The translations under genes and the position numbers were made by a program. The notes beneath the pieces were generated by a model that was given only the letters and a program-made list of their open reading frames with translations, was not told the origin of the DNA and searched no databases. Shown in pieces: positions 31,913 to 47,100 of a stretch of DNA of 51,279 bases. This DNA is from Chromera velia (taxonomy: Eukaryota): NCBI GenBank assembly GCA_018398765.1, contig JAHBMJ010000287.1, forward strand, positions 1 to 51,279, given 5' to 3'. Numbering within the stretch: position 1 is the stretch's first letter; each line of letters begins with the position of its first letter.

Positions 31913-32441
31913 CAGACTGTAGTCTGGCGAGGCACCCACAGACAGCTCTTTCAGCGGAAGCTCGAAGAAGATTCACCAGGTTCTTGGTTGAATGTCTCAG
32001 GCAACCGGTCTTTGTTCGCATGGCTTCCAGAGAGACCGGTGGTGCTTTCGTTTTGAAAGCTGAACTCAGCTGCTGAAGGATTAAAGAAACTCAGTCATGA
32101 CAGACTGAAGGTGATGGATCGATCGATCGATTTTGTTGCAAGGTCAGAAGAATTAAGTTCCGGGATGCCGAGTTTGCGCGCTCTGCGCGCGAGGCAGTGC
32201 GATCGATGCCGGGGCCCATGCATATTCAATGCCTGGGCCACTTTGGGCCTGGCACAATGGCTGCAGACTCAGCCTGACAGGATGACCAAGGGATGCCAAG
32301 GAGCCTTCACGCTTTTTCAAAACACTTTAACAGGATTGTACGCTCATTGTCCATCCTGTTGTAAGACGAATCGGTGGTGTCAGGACAATACAGCACCACT
32401 CCATCTGCGTGCAACAGGTGTTTGCTGTCTTCGATTCCACA

Positions 32442-33410
32442 ATGAGGACCCTCGTGAGTTTTAGTTCAGTGGGGTTAATGCTTTCGATTTTCTTCCGGAC
32501 GTCCCTCGGTGTGTCATCAGCACGCTTGTCCGGTGCAGATGCGGGATTTGTCTCGGTGGCTCCTCTTGTTTCCTCCAGGAGACCTCCCTTGTCGAGACGG
32601 AGACGGCACATGCCGCCGGTAGAGACAGAGACGGTTGCTGTCGGCAGAGAGGCCGATGCCCACACAGAGCACATAACAGCCCTTCATCTATTTGGACTGG
32701 GCCAGAAGCCAGCTCCTCCTCCACCACCGCAAAGCATCTTCGGTCTCGGTCTGTTGTCGAAAATGGCACCAAAGACGCTGTTCATGGGTGGACTGGTAGC
32801 TGTCTCTCTTACTCTGATCCTAGTTGGCACTGTCTTTGGGGGCGGTGGGTCCGCACGCACCACCGCAATCGTGAAGACGGACTCGGACATGAAGCTGCTT
32901 CACAAGTATGTCTGTTCGAACTGCGAGTATCATATCATGCCCGCGATCGGAAGAGAAAAGAAGTTCTATAAGCCTGAGCTGGGGTGCCCCGAGTGCGGCG
33001 CCCCCAAGGAGGCATTCTTCGACGCTAACGACCTCAGCGACCCGAGATCTGTGGAGTATGCAGAGAAACTGCGGAAAGAGACCGAGTTGATGGAAAGGAT
33101 AAAAGCTGAAATAGACGGGGAGGATGTAGAGGAAGAGGTTGAGGAGGAGGAGGAGGTGTTTGTTCTTGAAGACGGGCGCGAACTGACGAAGGAAGAATTT
33201 GAGGCCATGCAGGCCTCGGCGGAAGTGGATGTGGTAGACACAGAGACAAAGACTGAAGAGAAGGGAAAGTACGTCCTCGAAGACGGACGGGAGGTGACAA
33301 AAGAAGAATACGAGGCGTTGTTGGCGTCTGGCCAGATCAAGGAAGGAGGAGGGAAGGGGGATGGAGAGGGAGAACCTCAGGGGGAAATCAACGAACCTCA
33401 AAGCTCATGA
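32442..33410 (+). CDS. plastid-targeted, membrane-anchored rubredoxin-like protein (322 aa, single exon)
   Basis: Signal-peptide-like MRTLVSFSSVGLMLSIFF is followed by a Ser/Arg-rich transit-like stretch (GFVSVAPLVSSRRPPLSRRRR) and a TM helix (TLFMGGLVAVSLTLILVGTVFG). Rubredoxin knuckles YVCSNC...CPECGAPKEAF precede an acidic tail. Confidence 0.85.
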   Translation: MRTLVSFSSVGLMLSIFFRTSLGVSSARLSGADAGFVSVAPLVSSRRPPLSRRRRHMPPVETETVAVGREADAHTEHITALHLFGLGQKPAPPPPPQSIFGLGLLSKMAPKTLFMGGLVAVSLTLILVGTVFGGGGSARTTAIVKTDSDMKLLHKYVCSNCEYHIMPAIGREKKFYKPELGCPECGAPKEAFFDANDLSDPRSVEYAEKLRKETELMERIKAEIDGEDVEEEVEEEEEVFVLEDGRELTKEEFEAMQASAEVDVVDTETKTEEKGKYVLEDGREVTKEEYEALLASGQIKEGGGKGDGEGEPQGEINEPQSS

Positions 33411-33788
33411 GAAAGTTGCGTTCTCCTCTTGTAATGCATGGTTCATATGATTGCACGATGTCTCCAGTGCGTGTCCATGCATGTGACCAGATGAGAGACA
33501 GGGGAGAAAGACCCTGACGACCAGGAACACGCCAAGAAGCATCAATTGCACGAACGAATGCTGCTGCATCACAGTGTTTGACTGTTTGAGTGAAACCTAT
33601 TGAAGGTGTTTATTTATGTACACATTAATGCGTCTATGTGTTTCTGTGGGTATTTGGGTGTGCGCGCGAGCTGCGTCTGCATTTGCAGTGTCGATAATGA
33701 TGATAATCATGCAGTGCGCATTACTTTATTTCTCTCACTTTCTTGCACATGCACGAACATACGCTCTCTGTTGCTCTCTCTTCTGCCT

Positions 33789-33807
33789 CCCCCCCCCCCC
33801 NNNNNNN

Positions 33808-33843
<36 letters not shown>

Positions 33844-33852
33844 TCTCTTTCT

Positions 33853-33885
<33 letters not shown>

Positions 33886-33908
33886 TCTCTCTCTCTCTCT
33901 CTCTCTCT

Positions 33909-33958
<50 letters not shown>

Positions 33959-34196
33959 GGTAACTGTATGTCTGTCTCACTAATAAGTCAGAGGTGAAAA
34001 GAAAGCAATGTGCATACATTGTCCCAGGTTGTCTGATTGACGCTACAGTTCCTTTGCCTTTCTTTCGTTCTTTGTGTTTTCTGTTCTTTTTTTTTTTCCC
34101 TTCTTTTTTTCCCTTATTTCTTTCTTCCTTTCTTTATTTCTTCCTTTTCTTTCTTTCCTTCTTTCTTTCTTTCTTTCTTTCTTGCTTTCCTTTCTT

Positions 34197-34267
<71 letters not shown>

Positions 34268-34316
34268 CTCTTTCTTTCTCTCTTTCTTTCTCTCTTTCTT
34301 TCTCTCTTTCTTTCTC

Positions 34317-34352
<36 letters not shown>

Positions 34353-34432
34353 TTCTTTCTTTCTTTCTTTCATTCTTTTCTTTCTTTCTTTCTTTCTTAA
34401 ATTTCTTTTTGTTTCTTTCTTTTTTTTTTTTC
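33789..34432. repeat. poly-C/N gap plus (CT)n, (TG)n and (TTTC)n microsatellites
   Basis: Directly visible simple repeats with an N run at 33801-33807. Confidence 0.95.
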
Positions 34433-36550
34433 AGTGTCCGAATCCCTTCCTTCCTGTTTCTTTCCTTTCGTTCTTTATGTTTTCTTTATTCTCTCCGAGT
34501 CTTTCTTTCTTCTTTTTTTTCTTTGTCAATTTGACTTCTCAAACTTATTTAGGTTTTTGATGCAAAAATTCAGCTTTTTGAAACATTAATAGTGAGTGTA
34601 ATATCTAAGATTATATCTTAAAAAATTAATATTATTATTAATATATTTTAAACGTGTTGGGCACCTTCTTCAAGTTATTAAACCGAAGTAACCTAGCTCT
34701 TATTAGCCTCTTATAACCGGACTTAAAATGTCATTATCATCATTATCATTTACCATCACTATCGGCCCATAAATGAGCGTCTAACGTTCAGCTGGTTCGA
34801 TACGCAGCTGAACACACTGAAAAAAAAAAGTGGAGAAATAAAGGAGATCTGGTCATCCAAATATCTTTACCGTCTCCGTCTGTTTCTCTTCCAAGCATAA
34901 CTCTGCTGGGCTGGTTTCCGTGTCTGTTTGCCACTCTCTTTGCTCCCAGAAGGAGTGGGGGCGCGGAAGCGTGGCCACCGGTGGGGGAGCGAAAGGACCC
35001 GCCGAATCCAGCAACGTGAGCGACCGATACGCGGCCACGCAGGGCCGCGAACGTATACGCATAACTCAGATTGAGCATAGAATTCCTCGGTGCTGCTTTT
35101 ATCTCCATTGAACAAATCCATCGAAACTCGGTAAGGGAGCAGCACCCATGTCGCAGTCTCCTGAACATAAGCATTCTTCTCCTTCCCCGTCTCGACATGA
35201 CCTCTCTGATAAGAGAGCTGGGCCGTCTCCTCCTCCATCTTCAACATCTCCTACTCCTTCGTCTTCAACCACTGACTGCCATCGCCCAGGACGTCGAAAA
35301 ACATCAAAAGGCCATGCAGTCAAAGAGTAAGGCAGTCAAAGTGGGCCTGTCCACAGCTAAGGAAGGCTTAGCCCCCCCGAGCGGGGCAGCTAACTCTTCA
35401 CCACCATGTGTATCCCTCTGCAGGTCCGCCTCTCAGCCAGATGGGCCCCCTGATGAGACTGAAGAAAACTACCCCGCCCTTCCCACGGTAGGGAGGGCGT
35501 GGGAAGCGACAACAGCTGGGCTCTCTCCACCCAGCCAGCCAGTCACAGTGTGCGCGAGACCACGCTCGCGTCATATAACGCAAGAGATAACGTGCAAAAC
35601 ATGTTGTCACGCCGCTATCTAGGCCGCTATATACATTTATCATTATGATTAATGGCGGCATTATTGCAACAGCAGTAGCCGCAGAAGTCAGGACCCTCTT
35701 TGATTTTCATAGGAATTCGCACATCTCGCTCGTTGATCTTCTGAAACTGTCATCTCGCTGTCTAGCCAACTGTCCCGTCCAAATTGACATGCACACCACA
35801 ATAGTAGGCGTCAAAACAGACATGCATTGCTGAACGTTGGCTTCATGACGCCTGCCTCTGTTCAATCAGCCGGACCGGAACGCCTCCCCCCCTGTGTCCC
35901 CCCCTCCACTGCCAGACCGACGTCGAATTTCATCCCAACTGGAGCCCCCCCCTCCCACCTGCCTCGGAGGAAGCCCACTACCAGGCGGGGGGGCCCACGA
36001 GGGGGATGACGGGGGAGACAGAGAAGAGGAAGAGGGAAAACTCTCCGCATCAGCAGGGCCGCTCCCGGAGTCTGCAGGACCGTGTGTTCCCGTGCATGCA
36101 CACAAATTAGAGGGATCGAGTGAGGTGAGTACAGATACAGATATGTGTGTGCACAAGTCCTGTGAGATCAAACAAGAAGGCTGCAGTTATTTGGAAAAGA
36201 AGCGGCAGGCTCGAAAGGCGCAATGAAATCTTTGCTCTTTCACAAGGATCTTTGAGAAAAATTATTTGCCTTTTGTTGCCCTTTCTCACACAGTCACTTT
36301 GTAGCGCATATGCTCTCGGGGGCCTTCAGTCTTCGCATCACCTCATGCATGAAGCTTATTGCGTCTTCGCTTCAGAACGCCACACGGTCACACCTGCTTC
36401 TTGTTTCAGAGAAAAGCCACAGAGAAGCACGGACACACCAGCTCATAGAGAGAGAAAGCACCGAGGCCTGATGAGCCGCTTCTCCACCCACCCGTTCTCG
36501 CCTACTCTGTGCAGTTTCAATTTTGATCCACGCAATGAAATATCTCGAGA

Positions 36551-39710
<3,160 letters not shown>

Positions 39711-40430
39711 TGTCTTCCACTGGATCCCTCGTCGTAGCCAAAACAATGGCGAAAAGTGTTTCAGCAAAGCAAAAGGACTCTTCTAACAGGCACAACTATG
39801 TGCTGTCTCTGTGAAGTAAGCGATTTGTGCGCAGCCTCGTCCAGAGAGGAAATCTCGGCTCACTGTTAGTAACAAGTTGCGCCAAAGATGGTTCAACGGG
39901 AAGCGCCGTCCAGCTAGTCTTCAGCTCTGTTTTGACGCACGCGAATTGAGTGGCCTAAATTCTCGCTTTTCTGGGCCTCCGCTATATATTAATAGCTGTT
40001 TCTTTGCGGGGCCTTTCCCTTTGTCTCTCGCGTGGCGCGGGCCGCGGCAAATGGTCACCCCTGGTGGTCAATCACACTTTCACACTTTGTGAGCATGAAG
40101 CTCGGAAGGGCATCTATTAATAGTATTAATATAATACGTTCGCAAACCGATTTCTGGGGATGGTTTTCGAGAAACCACTGCCCGGGGTGCGCTTCCAGCA
40201 AATTTCCAGTCTGCCTTTTACGACACTGTCTGACTGAGCTGTCCTGAGTTGTCCCTTCCTCTGCCTTCACAGAGATTTCTTTCACAGGAAGGCGAGTCAA
40301 GTCGTTCAAGAAAGCTCCCTTGCAGTGATCTAGATTGAATTTGTGGAATGCCGAGGCAGGTGTCGTGAGGAATCGATTAGTCACTCAATACCCACGAAGA
40401 GCTGAAATTCGATCAGTCGATCATCAGGAG

Positions 40431-43400
40431 ATGCCTCCCATTGCTTTTTCTGCTTCCGCCTCAGGCCCCATGGGAATGCCTGATGTGGAGCTTTTCCACA
40501 GCACTATCCTCTCACTCTACAGAGATCAGATTTTGCCCTGCACTACTGACATCATCCGACGGTGAGTGAAGTAGTGGAGGTGTAAGTCTCCCTGTCTGAC
40601 CACTTGACTCTGCAAACTGTCGGGTGATCCCGGGGTCTCTCAGCGCAGACATGCTGCCTCGCTGTTTTCTGTACATGTTGCTGCTTGTCTCACTCGCAGA
40701 GCATGCCGAAAAGCTCATCCATTTCGAGACCTCGTCTCTTCTTCATTTACTTCCATCACAGTCTCCCTTTCCTTTCCCTTCGTTTCCCGATTCCTTCCTG
40801 CAGCCTGAAAGAGCGTGGAGCTGACGAAGTTGCGAGCAAGTTTGCGTCGATTGCTCGTGAAAACCCTGACAGATTCATCGTTTCTCACAACGCCACAGAC
40901 AAACGAAGAAAGCCCCAGACTACCACCCAGACTGCAGAGGCATCTGAGGAGAATGTCTTCGTTCTCCTCAGATCCCCCCCTTCTGCCTTCACTGGTCAGT
41001 CGATTCGAAGGAAAGAAGATGGGAGAAACCTTCACATATTTCGGGGGAATATGTGAGATTCTTCTTCGAAGGCCACGCTCTCAGTTTCAACCTTTCAGGC
41101 TTTCAGTTTCCCTTGTGAAGTCTCTTAATTCCTTTCCTTTTTATTCCTCCTGCAGGCTTCATCGACCCGAAGGACGGAGAAGACCTCTACGCTTTCGACG
41201 TGTGGAGGAACTTCACCTCGTACCTCTGCCAGCTGATGCAGAACAAAAATGCCGACATTCTCAGAGAAGACTGCACGCTGGTCAGTCTGCTCCAGTCTCC
41301 TCTTCCGCTAGTCTCTCTCCTTTTCTGGCAGAAAGTCAATTTATGACTGTCCTCCCGCATTCCATTGAGTCCTTCAGGACAAGGAAACATGTCTGTTTCC
41401 TCAGTTTCGTCTCCTGCTTTTTGAGAGGACCTGCTTCAGTTTGAGATCAGCTGAGAGAGTTAGTAAGCTCTCCTCTTCGGTTCTTCGTAGCAACTTCTGG
41501 GCATGCACGTTCGGCAAGGGGGGGGTGTTGTGTGGAGTCATAGAATTCGTTAGGTCGAACGTCTATCTATCGATTCGTCAGGCCTAAGCGATTCTTCTTG
41601 TGTGTGAAACAGCATGGAGGGGTGACATCGAGTCAGTTTTGTTTTTTTCCGATCCAGCCAAAGAACCTCTGAGCGACAGAAACAGAATTTCAAGGTCTTG
41701 ATCTTCATCGGTCCCTATGAGATCACATTTCGCCTTTCTGACTCTTCGTCTCCCTCCCTCCCTCTGCAGAAGCACTTCCAGTTCAAGGGTGGACGTTACG
41801 GTCTTGCCTTCGAACTGAAGGACGCGGCTGGCGGAACGGGCTCAGCTGGGTCCCCTTCTGCTTCCCTCCACCCCCTCACTCTGGCTGCCCTGGGGCACCT
41901 GCAGCACAAGGAGCTGTCCTTCCAGCAGACAGCGGGGGGGGAGGTCACTTGTTCGTACACGGACAAGCTGGCCTCTCTGCAGGGTGCCTCTCTGGGCAGG
42001 ATCTGCCACCTCGTGCAGCTGGCAATCTCTAACGGGGTCCTTGCCTATGAGAACAAGTGAGTGAGTGGATGAGTAAGTGAATGATTGAGTTGGTCAGACA
42101 GGGGGGGGGGTAGCGGAAGAGATGGAGGGAGCGTGACTGTCCGTCATTTTCTTGTTTGACGCGCAGAGACTGAAATGGAAGAAAGGGACGACCCACACCC
42201 GAGGGTTTAAAGTGTATGCCTATCTCTTTGTTGTCTGAGTGACCTGGTGTTCCTCTCCATCCTGTTCCGTTCATCGTAGAGGTACGGGCACACACACCTT
42301 TCTACCTCCCAATCTTCGTGCAGCGTCCTCCAACCTGTGGCAGCTTGCCGCAGTAAGGTGTCGGCCGCCTTTGCATGCGGTGTGGGATCGACCGTCAGCA
42401 CTTTCCCTCTGGGTGGAGGGAGGGGGGCTGGTGTAGATGGCGCAGGGAGGGGCAAGGACGTGAATGGTCCGAACGGGGGCTCCGGTCAGGGCCAGTGCTC
42501 CTCGGTGGGTGAGGTCTCGGCCTGTCTGCAGCTTCTCTTCAAGGACCACCCTGAGGGCCTTCTCTTGTCCCAGCTGAAGAAGAAGATCGTCTCGCGGTCA
42601 GTCAGGCAGGCAGGAGGGCTTGCAAGACCAGTCGAAAGGCGGGTGGGGGGAAAGCGTGGCTGTGTGAGGCTTGCAACCTTCAGGTACATTTGTGTAGTTT
42701 GTTGGAACGAGTGGATGATGCTGAGTGATGCAGATCTCTTTTTTTTTCCCTCCTCAGAAATTGCATTTGCTAGTTTCCTTTCGGGCATTCCTCCTGGTTC
42801 TTTACTCTTATCCAGCCTCATCCCACCCTCTCCTTCCTTTCTTTTTGCTTGCAGCACTGGGCTGACTGTCAACCCAGGCGTGTTCGGTTACGCGAAGCTG
42901 TCCAACCTCCTGGCTGCCCAGGCCTTTGAGGGCGTGTGCCAGCTGTTTGTGGACAGGAACAACCATCTGATGATTCTCCCTGCCAACCGCCCCCTTCCCC
43001 CAAACACCGAGAGAGTCACTCACAGCGAGGTTTTCCTTCCTCTCCAGGAGACGGTGAGAGTGAGCAGAATCTTTAACTCCTCCGATCATGGCAACCTCTC
43101 GTTTTCCTTCTGGAAGGCAGAGGCCCAGAAGGCGCAGAAGCAGAACAACTTCACCTCCCTCTACAGCTACCAGCAGACTGCCCAACATGCCTACGACCCC
43201 CACAGCACCCCCGAGGTGCAGCAGGCAGCTCACCTTGCCCTCAGTCTGGCCGGAGTTGCAGCTGCCCAAGAGGCAGAGCTTCACTCCGGAAGGTTCACTT
43301 CCGCAGCTGTGCGAACCCGAAAGGCCGCCATGCTGGACGGAGAGCGGGCAGATTGGGTCTCGAGGGCCTTCGCATCCGTTCCCGCAGGGCGTGTGCCTGC

Positions 43401-44115
43401 TCCCATCGCAGCGATTTGGGAGCAGTCCCCCTCCGAGAACGCTCCTCTGGTGTCATCCAACACAGGGGCGGCTCTCGTCGACCCTGTGCAGCCAGAGGAG
43501 GCAGAGAAGAGAGTCGGGGCTCTGCTGCCCTGGAGAACTCCCGGGGTGGGGTTGACTGACGAGGCCCTCCGTCAGAATGACAAGATCGCTCTTGCCCTTC
43601 TGTCGGGTGGCTCCATTATCTCTGATCTGTCTTCTTCTGACGCTGAAACTGGCAGCACCGACGCTTCGGTTGCCAACAGAAGCACCAGCAGCAGTCTCCT
43701 GCAGCCTCCTCAGCCTGCTGCCTCCATGGGGGGACTGAAGAAGATCTCTGTCCCCGTCCCCCGTTCCCCTGGGTCTGCTTCTGTGTTCGCTTCCACGACC
43801 GCAGGCAGCGGAACCTCCCAGACACCCTCAGTCGCCTCCGACGAGCACGTCTCCGGTGACCTCGCCAGTCTCCCCCCCAGCCCCCCGAATATGCAACAGA
43901 CTCCTCACTGCAAGGGGGGACCGGTGCAGTTCATGTGGGAGGGTGGGCGTCAGTCTGGCCAGTCGACTCTTGCACCCCCTCCCCCCGAGGGTGGAGGTGG
44001 AGCCCCGAAGAGCCCCCCTGCTTCCCCTCTCATCCCTCCCCCGGGGTTTGAGATGAGGGTGAACAGCAGGCGGGTCAGCGGAGCCCCCATCTACCCGGGA
44101 CTCTGGATGCAGTGA
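40431..44115 (+). CDS. OST-HTH-associated (OHA) + OST-HTH/LOTUS domain protein, 6-7 exons
   Basis: Exons 40431-40561, 40804-40994, 41156-41280, 41770-42056, 42324-42596 and 42855-44115, with a probable extra intron at ~43030-43116. Motifs: ILSLYRDQILP..IIRRLKE, GFIDPKD..D.Y...VW, FKGGRYGLA...SLGRICHLVQLAI..GVLAY (OHA), and HPEGLLLSQLKKKI..RTG..VNP.VFGYAKLSNLL (LOTUS). Ser/Pro-rich disordered tail. Confidence 0.88.
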
Positions 44116-47100
44116 GAGGGAGGGAGGGAATTGAGGGGAGATGGGGGACGTGGGTTTGGTGGGTAAGGAGGGAGGAAAATCGAAGTCTGGTAGGCCTGTT
44201 TTGACTTTCGTTTCAATCACTTACTGCAGTCATCAGTCGTATTTCAAGAAAGTCTTTTTCTTCGCTCGTTCGTCAAGTCGGAGACATTCACCATCCATCA
44301 TTTTAAGGAGTGAGTAGTAGGGAAGGAAGGAAGCCGAATCTGGCTGGCGTTGATTCGTCGGTGGCTTCTCTTTCTCTCTCTCTCTTGTCCGTCCGACCGA
44401 TGCGGTCGTATTATTCTCTTCTGTTCTGTTCTCTCCTTCTTCTCTCCCTCCCTGTCTGTCTTTTTCTTTCTTTCTTCTTGTTCCTCGCTCCCCCTACACT
44501 TACTGTCCTCGCAAGGGCTCTCTGTAGGGCTGGTTCCTCCCAGTTGGTTACCAGCTTGCAGAGAGACTCTTGTCGTGTCTTTATTTTCCTTCCTTCTTGT
44601 CGTCTCTTTTTGTATGACTCGACTGCATTTGTTCGTTCATTTTTTGGGCCAGCAGGAAGACAGAAAGAAAGAGAGGGGAAGAAATCACAAGGGGGGGGGA
44701 AAGAAGAAAGGCTGAAGCCTGGCCTGTCGGACGTGCATGTGTTCGTGCGTGCACCTGTGACAAAAAAAATGAAAAAGAAACTCCTGACAGCAGTAAGTGG
44801 GAACGAGGAAGCGTATGTGACTGCATACACTCTACCTCCGACGTCAGCACACAGAAGACCTTTTGAGACATTTATTAAAACAGCAGAATCAGCACAGATG
44901 TGCTCATTGTGCTTTTTCTCTCCGCCTATGTAGATCTGTTCCAACCGCGGTCGACAAGCGAAGGAACTGGGGGTAATTCTTCTACTTTCATCATCATTTT
45001 CTGTTACTTGTCTGTTGTAGGGGTTGGTTAGCGAGCTTCGGCCGTTCCGGTTATCACGCTCGTGAAGCCTTTCTCCCTTTCGTTGAATGACTGTCTGTCG
45101 GTTCTTCTTTCCTTCTCCTTCCCCCCCTTTCCCGCCATCATATGCGACAGTCAACAGTAATCGACATTTATTATCTGGACGTCAATGCTGGAGATGGAAA
45201 AACAAAGTGTGCTGGCTGTTTTTTTTTTGCCACACGAAAAGAGCATTTCTCATGACATGACTTCAATGCACTAGTGCATGTATGTATGGATGCGTGCGTG
45301 CCTGGACTGGCCGCCTGGAGAAGAAAACCACAGAGAGAGACAGAACTAGAAAGAAAGAAAGAAATCGGGGGGTCTGAAAGAAAGAAAGAAAGAAAGAAAG
45401 AAAGAGCAGGAAAGATCTTCACGGGGGGAAGGGATTGTCTGCTCTGATCATTCCTGCCTGATTGACTGCTGTCAGATGAGTGATTGGATGCCACACGTAT
45501 CGGAAGAAGGAATTAAGGCCGCCATGCGTTAATAGGCCTTCATTTGGTTTCTTTTCTTCCACGGAGTGCAAACCTTTTTTTTTCGTTTGATTGATGAAGG
45601 AAGAAGCGAAAGGGAAGCAGGAAAGGGGGGGAGCAGCGAAAAGAAGAGGTCGGTGTTGAGAGCGATGGCATCGAGACGAACAAGATAAAGTCGTTTTTTC
45701 TGAACTCTTCCTCTTCTGGCGTTGTGTCCTTCTCTCCTCTCTTTCATCGCACCTTCTTCTCTTCTACTAGTTGACGGAAAGAGCTGAAGGGAAGGGAGGG
45801 GAACCCCCCGTCGGTTCATGAAACGAACGTGTTGAGGGGCTGTCGTGACAACAAAGTTTTTTGCCTCTTATCCTTCCTTTCCTTCTGGCACTACTGTTTG
45901 GTCGAAGCTTTCTTTTGCAGCGCCTTCGCTGTCCGGCCACTGGTTTTTCTCGATGTTTTCTTTTCTCTTTTCGTTTGATGGGACTCGTACATGTCCCGGC
46001 CTATTACAGTTTTTGATCTTCTCGCAACAAGACAACAAGAAAAAAAGGCAGTAAGAAAGAAAGACGTAGACGTACTTTTCGGATGGACTGTCGATATGCA
46101 TGAGCAAACTCGAAAAGACTCAAGTGGACCCTCGTGTGATAATGGGTTCACATGAAAGAGGGAAGAAAGAGAAAAGAAATCATATGGACGAAAGAAGTGC
46201 GGGAGGACCGTTTTTTTTACTTCTTTACTTGTTGCAGTGATGCAGAGAAAGACAGAGAGGGTCGCAGTTGTCCTGAAAGATCGAGACCCCCTGCGACGCG
46301 AAAGAGAGGGGACGGGAGGGGAGAAAAGTTAGTTGGGTGCGGAGGGGATCTCTGTCAGTGGGGGGGGAGGAAAGTGCGTATACCGTGCGGGTGTAGCTGG
46401 ACTAACGATGCCCACTCACTCCGCGAGCCTTGGGTGGCGGCGGTCGCACTTTTCTGCTTACCCTTCTGAATGACTTGAGTGTCTTTCCCCTCCTTACCTT
46501 CCGACTTTACTTTCTTCTTGATGATTTCCTCTGTGGTTTCCCTTTTAAAGAAAACCACGCGTAACAGAAAAAAACGACCGAAACTCGATTGATCGATCGA
46601 CCTAAGAACGGATTGAGGTGAGGAGTCTGATGGTTGAAGTCTTGCTTTCTTTTTTCCTTCATTTGAAACGTCTGCCTGACTCACTGTAAATGCTGCGGCT
46701 TCTGCGCTTTTGTGAAGGAAGAGCTATTTCACTTGTTGGGTACCGACATACCAAATCAACAGTGAAGGAAAGAGAGACACACAGAAAGAGATGTGAATGA
46801 AGGGGACGAAGAGGTAAACGGAACACAGGCATAGATACAAAAGCCTTTTCCCGCTCCTTTTCTCTCTGTTCTTTGTTTTTCCTTCTTTGTCTAACACAAT
46901 GAATGAAAGAAAGCACCATCCAAAATTTGAATGAATGCCTGAATTGCATTGCACTTCATGATTTTTCGCAAGACCACCAACAATGATCTGTCTGTCTGTA
47001 CTGAATTCACGAACGAAAGAAAGAAAGACAGAAAGAAAGAAAGAAACAGTGCATCGCTTGCACTTTGAATGGAATGTCCTTTTTCTTCTTTACTGCCTTG

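Noticed and set aside
34788..36226. Overlapping 100-180 aa ORFs on both strands
   Set aside because: No domain or consistent exon chain; possibly a decayed fragment but not supportable.
42337..44115. 592-aa ORF as a single-exon gene
   Set aside because: It starts mid-exon and reads through introns; it is the 3' part of the gene starting at 40431.
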